Positions 1 through 11,247 of a stretch of 64,000 nt of DNA are shown here, in pieces. A model generated the notes under the pieces. The model saw nothing but the letters and a program-made list of their open reading frames with translations. It made no database searches and was not told the DNA's origin. The stretch lies in NCBI GenBank assembly GCA_965113315.1, contig OZ220368.1. One strand, given 5' to 3'. Made by a program: the position numbers and the translations under genes. This DNA is from Podarcis vaucheri. Lineage: Eukaryota. Position 1 is the stretch's first letter, and each line of letters opens with the position of its first letter.

Positions 1-1218
1 GATGGGGGTGGAGACGTTTTACTGAGTTCGAGTTTCAGTCTGACAACTCTTGAGAACCTACCGCTTCTTAGAAGAGTGTACTGATGCACTGGGAAAGCCG
101 TCACTGCTGTGCTTCCTGTCACATTCCTCTCTAGGTCGTGTTGCTCAAATTTCTCCTCTGTCTTCTGCGGAATACAATAAATGTAACACCCTGCTGGATT
201 TAGCATACTGTGGGTGGATGGTTAGGAATCAGATCTTCTAGAAATGGAATGAGATGTGTAGTGGTGGCAGCTTGTTTTGCTGAATCATCAGTGGTAATGA
301 AGACATCCCCTCCTCAAGGTTGTAATATAGTAACTGATATTGAGATCTCAGTCTGCTTTTGTTAAAGCCATGTTCATCTCTATTCTGATCCAGCAGGCTT
401 CTGAGCATGGTCTGAATGATACTTGGTTCCTATTGTGTCCAGGCATTAATCATGAAGAAAAGATGATTCAGGGAGTTTGCAGTTCCTTCTTGGGTTTTTC
501 TCAGTCTTTGTAATGAAGCATGTCTTCAAATGCGTGACTGTTTCACAAGGCAGGGTTTTTCCTCTTCCTTCCCCCTCCCCCAGGAAAGGGAAAGAAAAAC
601 CTTGTGATCATACTTTTTCTTACAAAGATCAAACAGTATTGTGGTGCAGAAAATCAACATTTTCTATGGTGGAATGATATCTTGGAATAATTAGGTCACA
701 TACAAGTTATCGTACCGTGTCAACAACTTTCTAGTCAGGAAACTGCTTCCCCAGTCCTCTACAAAGTCTGTCTGAGGACACTGGGAAATATCTTGAACTT
801 GATCAGAGGTCTTGCTACTGTAGAATCTCATTTAAAATAAAGCAGGAGTAGAATCTGCTTAATTTAAGTCCACCCAGACAACATGGTACCAGGTTGTTTG
901 GGATTCTATAAAATGACCTTGCTTCCACGCTCTGTGCTGCCCTCTGCCCTCCTGGCACCCACAAATTGACATGGGGAAACGCTGAGCACTGCCACACCTG
1001 CTCCCGCTCTTACTGCATCTTCACAGATAGCAACAAACAATTATCTTCCCAGGACCTAGGTTGGGTAGCTCCTCCCCACTACAAATCTGCAGCAGGCTTA
1101 ATGTCCACTCGAACCTTGTGCTATCATCCATTAGTGAGAAGGGTCAGTGGCTGTGTCGAGGGCACATGTCATTGCTGGGAGCTAAGCAACTGGTGGGGAG
1201 AAATAAGAGCGGATAGGC

Positions 1219-1538
1219 CATGGGTAGGCAAACTAAGGCCTGGGGGCCGGATCCGGCCCCATTGCCTTCTAAATCTGGCCTGCGGACAGTCCGGGAATCA
1301 GCATGTTTTTACATGAGTAGAATATGTACTTTTATTTAAAATGCATCTCTGGGTTATTTGTGGGGCCTGCCTGGCATTTTTACATGAGTAGAATGTGTAC
1401 TTTATTTAAAATGCATCTCTGGGTAATTTGTGGGGCATAGGAATTCGTTCATTCCCCCCCAAAAAAATAGTCTGGCCCCCCCACAAGGTCTGAGGGACAG
1501 TGGACTGGCCCCCTGCTGAAAAAGTTTGCTGACCCCTG
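1219..1538 (+). mobile_element. hAT (Charlie-like) MITE with internal tandem duplication
   Basis: Imperfect TIRs CATGGGTAGGCAAACT / AGTTTGCTGACCCCTG; 8-bp TSD GGATAGGC (1211-1218) / GGATAGGT (1539-1546); ~65-bp internal segment duplicated at ~1302-1435; second copy at 4323. Confidence 0.85.
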
Positions 1539-1589
1539 GGATAGGTCCTGCTTGTAAGCATCTGGAGACATCTGGCTAGCCTCTGATTC

Positions 1590-1720
1590 AGGCACCAGAA
1601 ACCTGTGGCTCTCCACATGCTGCTGGACTGCAACCTCCATCACCCCTGACCATTGGTAAGGACTGATGGGAGCTGGAGTCTGTCAACATATGGAGGTCTA
1701 CAGGTTACCCATCCTTGCCC
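1590..1720. mobile_element. Degenerate short palindromic hAT-type MITE
   Basis: Foldback AACCTGTGGCTCTCCACATG...CATATGGAGGTCTACAGGTT with core CCATCACCCCTGACC, resembling the ~135-bp MITE family below. Confidence 0.55.
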
Positions 1721-2842
1721 TATTTGAAACATAATGCTGCATGAAGTGACCCATCCAGAAAGGCAGTTCTCATAAGAGATGGGCAGGACACTGTATGTAG
1801 AAAGTTTCCCATGACAGATGTTATCAAGAAGCTGTAAGTTTTCAGAGTCCTAAAGTTAGGGTTATACTGTGGCTTCACGAAACTCCAAGCAGGTTACGAA
1901 GTTTCCAGTGTGACAAGGCAAAAAATCTTTGGTCTAGATCTATGTATCTTACATCTTGCTGTCGGTGTCTGGACTGTTCCACCTAAGATTGCAGACGGTG
2001 GAGTGGTTCATATAATTGAAAGTCTTTTTTAAATATAAAAAATAAACTCTGTACATAGAAAACTAGATGTTAAGGAGAGACATGCGACATCTCTATATGG
2101 AGGATTATAACTGTTGTCTTCCAGCAGAAGAACATGAATTCCATCATATGAGCTGCCAAATATAGTCTGAGGTGGAACAGGCAGGCATAGGTTTAGTGAC
2201 AGTATGGGCTAGCTTAGTTTGGACAATACTAATCAAGGAGATATTTCATCTGCAAATACTATTATAATATCTTTTAAAATGTGTTTTGTTGGCAAATGCA
2301 GTTTCAAAAACCATTGAGGTTAAATGTGACTGGTTTGTGCTGATGAAGGTATTTCTGATGGTCACAGCCTTGGTCCCCAGAAGACTCTTCTCAGAACTGA
2401 TTGTTTGGGAAAGGCCCATCCCAAAATAATCTCTTGTTCAGGGTCACCCTGAGGGTCTTTTTGCGTATGTTGCTTGCTTAGGAGGCTTGTTTCATGCTTG
2501 CTAGTGCCTAGCTTTAATTGTGCTCAACTTTTTGCTCTTGGTGTCTGATTTAATGAGTTGGACAATTCATCAAGTGCACTAAATAAAGATCTTTAAAAGA
2601 AAGACCATTTGTCATTTTCATCGCATTCTATTCATAGGTGAATTTGACTTCGCTGCTGTTCTACTTTAGCAGGAAGAAAAACCTACATAAAATCTCTAGC
2701 TAACACAAACTTAATACTACACTCTCTAAGAGCTTTTGTACACCAAGAGTTTTCTGATTAAGAAATTTATATTTTTTAAAAAAATAATATAAGAGATTGG
2801 TACTAGGCCCTCCAAGTTTGGTTTTGATACCATTACAGTATA

Positions 2843-3084
2843 CAGTGGTACCTCGGGTTACATATGCTTCAGGTTACATACGCTTCAGGTTACAGACTCC
2901 GCTAACCCAGAAATAGTGCTTCAGATTAAGAACTTTGCTTCAGGATGAGAACAGAAATCGTGCTGTGGCGGTGCGGTGGCAGCAGGAGGCCCCATTAGCT
3001 AAAGTGGTGCTTCAGGTTAAGAACAGTTTCAGGTCAAGAACGGACCTCCAGAACGAATTAAGTACTTAACTTGAGGTACTACTG
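2843..3084 (+). mobile_element. Tc1/mariner (Tigger-like) MITE, 242 bp
   Basis: TIRs CAGTGGTACCTCGGGTTA / TAACTTGAGGTACTACTG; TA on both flanks; inverted copy of the same length at 60275-60516. Confidence 0.9.
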
Positions 3085-3111
3085 TATACACAAATATATA
3101 GTTACGATAAT

Positions 3112-3297
3112 CTTTATTGTCATTGTCCCATACAGAACAACGAAATTGAAAAATCTACATAAGACATTCAAAACACAACAAGCCTGCTATCCCAACCTGG
3201 TTAGCCCCCTAAAAACTCTGATACCCCATTTTTAAATACAATATACTCCCATACAGACTCCTTACAATGCGTTTAAAACCAAAATCGCATTTGGGTA
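3112..3297 (-). mobile_element. 5'-truncated Rex1/Babar-like LINE 3' end
   Basis: Minus strand reads YPNAILVLNAL*, like the Rex1 C-terminus SFYPxAIxLLN; 3'UTR ends CAATGACAATAAAG; GATAAT on both flanks (3106-3111, 3298-3303). Confidence 0.55.
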
Positions 3298-4322
3298 GAT
3301 AATGTTGTGGAGCTGTCCTTTCATCAGATTTGCAAATTGGTCCATAACAGTTCCTAGCTTAAAATCTTACTTTGGGCCCACCTGCACACATGTACAGTAT
3401 CTAGTTTAGTCACTTGTGAAGCAACAAATTTACAAACAAACAAACAAATAAAATCCATGCCTGATAGCAGATCTTTATTTTATTTACAACATTTTTAAAA
3501 TCACATTCTTTTTGTCCTGCCAGTTCATTCTCACAACAACCCTATGAGGTATGTTGGATGGAGGGATGGCGACTGGCCCAAGGGCATCTAGTGAACTTCA
3601 TGACTGTAGCAGAATTTGTATCTTGAAAGGAGGCCAGGCAAGTGCCTTTTTACAAGGCTCGTCTCCAAACAACACAAACAAATTATGCCTTCGGCAGTAG
3701 CTTTTGAAGCCAAACAAAAACTGCAAATTAATTAAGACATAGCCGGTTAGCTGAACTGTGTGTTTTATTCCAGTGGCTGCATCTGGACACTCATCAAAAC
3801 TGAGCTGGTAAACAACAGGTGTAAGAGTAGAATCGGGCAAGAACTGGACTATGGGAGCCAAAAATGTACCAAACAATTGTCATGTGAGTGCAGATGAAAC
3901 ACAAACCTTGAGACCTTTCTGTGTAACACATAAGAACCCCAAACCTGTGTGTTTATGGAAATAGATTCTTTTAGTAATCCTACAACTATTTTTTTATTTA
4001 AAAAATATTATTAGCATTCTTTTGCATGCTAAAAGTCCTTATTAAGTGTCTCTGAAAGTACTTGCAGCAAAGGACTTATACAGAGGTAAATCACACAAAA
4101 ACTCTCAAAACAGCAAACAGTAGCACACGCATAAGGGTTTTGCATAAATGATATAATTATCATAAAATTAATGAAGCAGGTCGTCCTCCTCCCAAAGTTC
4201 TGTCAGGTTGTATCACCACAAAACCTATTCCTGAAGCCTTATCTTTCCGCTGGCTCAGTCACCCCAACTCCTCAGCAGTCTTCTCAGAAGGGTTGGCACT
4301 CAGGAAACTTAAAGCCCTAGAG

Positions 4323-4574
4323 TAGGGGTCAGCAAACTTTTTCAGCAGGGGGCCAGTCCACTGTCCCTCAGACCTTGTGGGGGGCTGCTCTCTCTCTCTA
4401 TATATATAAAATGTACAGATTCCTATGCCCCACAAATAACCCAGAGATGCATTTTAAATAAAAGGACACATTCTACTCATGTAAAAACACGCTGATTCCT
4501 GGATCATCCGCAGGCCGGATTTAGAAGGCTATTGGGCTGGATCCAGACCCCGGGCCTTAGTTTGCCTACCCAGG
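4323..4574 (-). mobile_element. hAT MITE, same family as 1219-1538, inverted
   Basis: Reverse-complement homology to 1219-1538; CCTAGAG on both flanks; has a single copy of the segment duplicated in the first element. Confidence 0.85.
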
Positions 4575-4925
4575 CCTAGAGGAATGTGCAGTGTTGGGAA
4601 ATTTTCAAACTGATTTTAAAACTTTAAAGGAAACCTCATTACTAACCTATTCTTAAGGTTTCTGGGCCTCACAGAAAAGAGGCAACAGGCACTATCCAAC
4701 TGGTAAGGTAATAAGCTGGTAGCTCATAATGGTGGCTGCTGCCTGCTGCAACGCTCGCACTGAGCATGTGCAGGCTTGTTGACGAGACATACGGCAGTGG
4801 GTTACAATTCTTTGTCCCTGTAATTATTGTCATAAGTTTAGGGACTAAAGAATAATCAACATTGCAAGACTAGTAGGTGTTGATTGAGTATGGCGCCCCT
4901 TTCCAGCAGCTGTTAAAGAAGCGTA

Positions 4926-5502
4926 CCGTATTTTTTGCACCATAACACTCACTTTTTTCCTCCTAGAAAGTAAGGGGAAATGTCTTTGCGTGTTATGGAG
5001 CGAATGCCTACAGATGGCGGAGGGGATCTACTGCAGTCATGAGCAGAGGATCCATGGTTCCCCTTCCTTCCCTCCTCCGTGGCTCGCTTTGAAACAGCAA
5101 AGCGGGAGAAGAGCCGCTGAGTGGGGAGGAGAGAGGGACAGAGAGCCTGCTTCTTTAAAGGAGCAAAGCGGGAGAGGAGAGGAGCCGCTTACACAAGTGT
5201 AAGCGGCTCTTGTCCGGTTGGCTCCTTTAAAGCAAGCAGGCTCTCTGTCCCTCTCTCCTCCCCACTCAGCTCGCTAAATAGCAGCAAAGTTTTTCAGCTC
5301 GCTAAGCCGGGGATGCGCGGGGAGGAGGGAGAAAAGCAGAGCCTGCTTGCTTTAAAGGAGCAAAGTGGGAGAGCAGAGGAGCCTTCTCCTCTTATACCCC
5401 TCTTCTGCATTATTAGCAGCATCCTTCTCCACCCACCCCACACGTGCTCCTTGTCCCTTGAGTGCTTTTCCTTCGGCTGGGGAGGGCAGGATATAAATAA
5501 AA

Positions 5503-5552
<50 letters not shown>

Positions 5553-5921
5553 AACGTAGTTACAAAGCACGGATCCACATGGATCCTCAGGATTTTTGCA
5601 CTGGGTCACCCCAAATTCACCATCAGATCACATAGCATGTCCATGGCTACATCTTGCACCAAAAAAATCACGCACCCACTGTTGCTTGGGGCTGCAGTGG
5701 TACAAAAACGTGGTTACAAAGCATGGATCCACATGGATCCCCAGGATTTTTGCATTGGGCTACTCCAAACTCACTGTCAGATCACATGTCTGTGGCCACA
5801 GCATGAACCACAAAAATCATACATCCACTGTTTCGTTTAGAATATTTTTTTTCTTGTTTTCCTCTTCTAAAAACTACGTGCGTGTTATGGTCGGGTGTGT
5901 GTTATAGAGCGAAAAATATGG
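4926..5921 (+). mobile_element. Tc1/mariner (Tc2-like) non-autonomous DNA transposon, ~1 kb
   Basis: TIRs CCGTATTTTTTGCACCATAACAC / GTGTTATAGAGCGAAAAATATGG; TA flanks; internal hairpin at 5116-5270 and ~154-bp-period repeat (5551/5705). Confidence 0.85.
5503..5550. repeat. (TAT)n microsatellite
   Basis: About 16 perfect TAT units; source of the poly-Y and poly-I ORFs. Confidence 0.98.
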
Positions 5922-8140
5922 TATTTATCTACCCATGTGTGACCACGTTTCTAGCTTTCTAAAGGACTTGGATCTTGCATATAGGTTTGAATGCCTATGG
6001 CTGGTGTTTGAATGCTGCCTTCTTTCTTTGGCACCGCAGTTGTGGTGAAGCCCACTGTGGAATTTAAGAAGAGAATTTAACTGCGATCAAATACATTAGA
6101 GTTATTACTATGCTCAATCATTTTTGACACTGAGAAATGGCGGTAGTTCAGTTGATGAGGGAAGGGAGTGAAAAGAGTCTCTCTGGAGCTGAATCAGTCT
6201 GATGGAGTCAACGTTGTATAAATTGTGTGAGGGGTTGGGTATAAGTCTTTGAGCTACTACAGGTCCGCTTAACAGTATTGTCATTGATTGGTGCAGATAA
6301 GTATAGTGGGTGATTGTGGTGGAGGTCTTCTTCAGCGTGCTTCTCATCGTTGTTTGAAGCATTAATCTGGTGTTGCCATGATGTTTTACTAGCCTAGAAG
6401 GCCAGCACTGGCAGTGTAGCATCTGCAAATTGTGATAACTTCAATTTATTTAATTCCACAACTGAAGGCCACGACGACAAATTATGTGGGAAATCTATGT
6501 CTGATTTCCCCCCTGCCACTCTGGTGCACAAAGATTCAGGCAGTGGAAGCAAATACTGGGCAGGAGGCCTAGACAAGCAGGGGAGCTGTCCAGCAGGGAA
6601 TGAGTAGAAGGAGCTAGATTGAAAGGCTGAGTGAGGGAGCTTCCTCCCCCAAAGCTGTTGGATTAACAGCTGGTCTCAGCTGAAGAGTTTTATAGCAGAT
6701 CTGATTCCTCAGTCGTTTCCTGGATCTCAGCAGGGCCTTGATCCAGCACATGCAGCAGTGCTCCTTCTGAGTAGGGTTGTTGACAGGGGATTCCTTGAAC
6801 ATTCAACGTACACTACCTGGACTTTGAGAATGACTCTAACGTTCTGGAGGTGAAAAGGTGATGACGCAAGGTCCAAAGCTTGGGGCAGGGGTGTGTCTGT
6901 CTGTCTTGGGAGTAGCTTCTGGGTGTTGATTCCACAAGGTGCCTTTGTTTCCTAAGGGATACAGTAGAATTCTGCTGTCCTTCAGAAGAGGTATCACTCA
7001 TGGGTTTACGGACTGTGGGTCAGCAGGCCCTGATAGAATACCCCAAAACTTATTCTCCCCCCTTTTGTTAACTGCAGCTGTAAGAGCTGCTAACTTCCAT
7101 AGTAGAGATAGGCAGGAATTGGGGGGGGGGCCTTCGTGCTGTTCTCCTAATCACAACCACGCTTTCCACTGGCTCTTTGCCCAGCCTGAGTCCCTGACAT
7201 GGTTATCTGGTGTTACCTATCCTCCTATAGTGGGTCCATCCAAACAAAACGGAAATGTAGTTTTTTTTAAAAAAGTCTGTATTGTACTGTGAAGTCTCTT
7301 TATTACACATTTCATGTGCTTCTGATAATCAGAATGCATAAATTAGACATGGCCCCAGGACACTATTGTCTGGATTCCAGCTACCATCATTCCCAGACAG
7401 CATGACCAATGCTCCAAAGTGACAGATGTAGTTCAGCAACATCTGGAAGGCCACAGGTTCTCCTGCACTACCTTATGCGGGGGAGTCTTAGCCACTCTGT
7501 GAATGTATATACCAGTGGCATCTGTCCTTTGTTTTTGGTTTGTGTGAAGAAATTATGTAGCCAATAACAGATCTGACGTCCCTTTTAACTGCTCTGATCT
7601 GGCACTGGGTTACAGGCAAACTGTTAGGTTAACCTGAAGCCTTCCAGCAGTCTGGGCATCCAATTAGATGTGAAATTCCTCAGTGTATAGATATTCCATT
7701 AGGCAGTAGGTATGAAAGAAACTGCTTGCTATCAGTTGCTATATGACACAACAACTGCTGCTAAGTTATAAAATGATACAATATATTGCATTGAACTCTT
7801 TCTTTTTTTTATTGAATATTTTTTATTACATTTTCTATGAAAACTTCCATCTTTCCATTTTCCACATCACTCTTTCGCTGAACATGCACTGGGAAATAAA
7901 AAGCATTTGAATCAAGGTGCTTCATGAAATCTCTGCATAGCCCATGCTATTATCGCTTACTCGCTGCTGCTGCTGTTTGTTGCTGCTTACACAAAATCCA
8001 TTGCATATGTAATGATCGTATGGTGTTCTAATACAGCTGTATCATCAGTGCTAGTACTTAAGAGCTGAGCTAAACTCCCAAAGCAGCATTGCTTCAATGA
8101 TCTGGCAATCTTGCAAGTAACTGCCTAACTGAGGTAGCTG

Positions 8141-8395
8141 AGGCAGTCACTGACAGAACACGTAGGTGTATTTGTGGCAAAACAAAATCTGATGCCAACT
8201 TCAATACCCAACAAGCGTACCAAATGTCTCTCTGTGTGTGTCAGCCATGCAGCTAAAGGAACAATTGCACTGGGCCTTGCATGCACTCGAATTGTAGCCA
8301 GTCACAGTTCCCTGCTGTGTGCACACATAGTGGAACAGATGCATGTGGCCACTTGAAAGGTCACACTCTTTGTCCTTAATGTGTGAAACTGCCCT
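8141..8395. mobile_element. Old foldback MITE (PIF/Harbinger-like)
   Basis: Ends AGGCAGTCAC... / ...GTGAAACTGCCC with partial internal inverted symmetry. Confidence 0.35.
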
Positions 8396-10804
8396 TAGAG
8401 GCAGAGGATGAAACGGAACTGGTTGGAGCAGCTGAAGAGAACCTCGTAGAATTGCTGAGCAGGTCTGGAGCTGCAGCTTCGGCTGAGTTCTTCTCAGCCC
8501 AAATCCCACAAATGCTTACTTGGATGTGTTCCTTTTAAGCAGCGGTGTTTACTTTTACCAGTTCCACCTCACTATAATCCTGTCTAATGTCTGAGATCAC
8601 ACTACTTTCTCTTCTAGATGGTAGGGTGGGAGAAGTTCATTGTTGCAGACACAAAAATTGTTGACTGTGATTTTCTTTTTTTGACACTGGTTTTAAGAAG
8701 AGGGCACTCTGCCAAGAATGGCACGCTGAGCTGTTTATTGCTTGGATTATTTGTAGCTGCCTCTTCACTGAACACATGCCAGAATGTGTTTTGTCTTAAT
8801 TTATAGCAAGCCAAATATACTTCACCTGGACTGATGGATGGATAGGGAGCTTGCATATGGAGGCTTTTCTTTGCAGGAAAACCTCTCTCTGCAATCCCCC
8901 GCCCCCCACTATTCTTTGGGAGAAAAGGCACATTAGCAAACATGTGAAGGTTTCTTTTCTCTCGCCAGTGTGCAACTTCTCATATTGGGTCTGCATCTGT
9001 AGAAAACAAATCTCCAGACTGGACCAAAGAGCAGGGTGTTAAATATTCCAAATATATTAAAAAAACAAACATATTGGTTCCGTTTTTGAGAGAAATGCAG
9101 GGAATTGGCAAGACATTACAGTGAGGACATAGTTTGATTTGTAAGGAACTGTCAGGAAGAGCTTTTGTAGTGCTGGAGTCTCTGGAGAGTGTGTCCCCAG
9201 GGCATTGTAACTCCCAGGATAATGTCTGTGTTCGTCTTCTCTGCAATAGGTTAATCCATTGTAAAGCTCTATTATTTCTTTTATCTGCTAACTTGTAGTG
9301 GTGAATGTCATAGTCTGCTTTACTGTTCCTTTTTGTCATTTTTTAAAAAATAAATGTTATAAGAAAAGAGTAATTAAGGCTGCAGTCCTATGCCACCTTA
9401 CCTGGGAGTAAATACCACTGAACTCACTGGGACTTACATTTGAGCAGACATTGCACTGTCTCTAAATCATTTACTCATGTAAGTGTAGAGTAGATTATAG
9501 CTAAAGGGGCCTGCTGTGCAACCTTATTTCAAAGGTGGTTGATCTGGCATCCTTCTGAAAACTTCTGCTTGTTTAAATTACTTCCCTCCCTAAATGAGTT
9601 AGATGAACAAGTCAACTTACTTACCATTAAACACAGTATGGTGTGCTGGATACTGATTGTTTACATCAAAAGTGTAACATAAACAGCTCATGAAAGAAAA
9701 GTGAATTCCTCCTATCTCAGTGGTATTTATGTGAACTTTGGGTTACTTATCAATGTTTAGTGATTTTACCTGTTCAGATGTAGCACCAAAGCATGGTGCT
9801 TCTTATTACTGAGTTAAACCCGTGAACTGAGGTTCCTTTTTTCCTAGTTTTGTGGCAAGCTAGGATTGTAAACCAAGGTTTAGTCATCGTCACTACACTA
9901 AACGTGGTTTTGTGTTTCATCTGAACCACGTCTATGACTCATAGACTCATTGTAATAGGATTTGATAGCTACATTGCAGTGTTTTATTGGTTGTAAACAA
10001 CTTTATGAGATGATTGTTTTGCAAAGCAGTATATAAGCCTATATAAGCCTTTAAAGAATAAATAAATTCATTTCCACCATCATGGTTTGGCATGATGTCT
10101 GAATATGGCATGGTGTCTGTATATCCGTGATGTCTTGCCAGATTTCCCTTTGATAAATGAATAGATACCTTTTAAGAGCACGTTCTACTCTTGGATTGTA
10201 CCCATGCAGTTAATGTTGAAGTCTTCTCATTGACAGATGCTTCAGTTAGATAAAACTTGGCTATCAATAAAAATGTTTCCTTGGCCAGATTTTTGTCTTG
10301 AGTGCTGATTTGTGAGGATGGAAATGTGTGTTTCAGAAGTGTGGGCAGGTGTGCAGAAGATAAATGGATAAGATAGAGTATGTGAAGCAATGCAAAGATG
10401 TGTCCCTATCCATCTGCTCTGTGTTGAATTGTTCTGATGTGACACCCTTCCTGGGTAATGTAATGAAAGTGTTGTCATGGCTGAGGAAGAGCCAGATAAA
10501 TTTGTTCCTGGAAAATGGAAAAGGAAGGTAGTCCAAGTGGGTGACTATATATTAGCAGTGTCATTATGTTGCCTCTTGAGAATTATATTGTTCTATAAAG
10601 AAACTGTTCAGCGAAGCAAACACATCATTTGGTTTCCCTTTAAAATTTTGACAATGATTTTGGATGTTTTAGAACAGGGTGACCTGTAAGGAACAATGTA
10701 AAGGATGCATGGGGAATTGGATCTGGCTTGTGGGCCAGAACCTTATCCCCTCCACTGCCCACAGGCTAAATCTGACCAGGGGGCAGGACCACCCACCCAT
10801 CAAT

Positions 10805-11247
10805 CAGTGGTGGAGGATGCTGCTGGAGCAGCCGGACTGGCAAATATGATGCACACCCGGGCGGGGGGCGATCCTCCTGGGGGTGCTGTTGGCACCACAC
10901 CAATCCTCCCACAAATATGCCCATCGTAGCTCTGGCTGCCAGGGATGCAAGCACTGCCCACTGGAGGGGCCTGAACGCCACCTACCTGGGGGTGCATCTT
11001 CGCCACCCACTGGGCATATTTGCATGATTGATGGGTGGCGCTGGCACCCCCAGGAGGATCTTATGCCAGGGATAAGAGTACCACCTGCCGATCAGCGGGC
11101 GGATTTTTGTGACGACGATTACGAAAATCCGCCCGCCGGGGGTGCGAGCACCGCCACGCTGATCCACCCAGGGGGATTTTGTCACACACACCCCAGGCAT
11201 GGCACCTGGGGCGCACCGCCCCCCGGCCCCACCTTCATCCGCCAGTG
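10805..11247. mobile_element. GC-rich hAT-type MITE (Tip100/Ac-like ends)
   Basis: Imperfect TIRs CAGTGGTGGAGG / CATCCGCCAGTG; 8-bp TSD CCATCAAT (10797-10804) / CCGTCAAT (11248-11255); CpG-rich interior explains the overlapping ORFs. Confidence 0.75.

Noticed and set aside
5121-5609. ORFs with poly-Tyr or poly-Ile
   Set aside because: Translation of the (TAT)n microsatellite inside a transposon.
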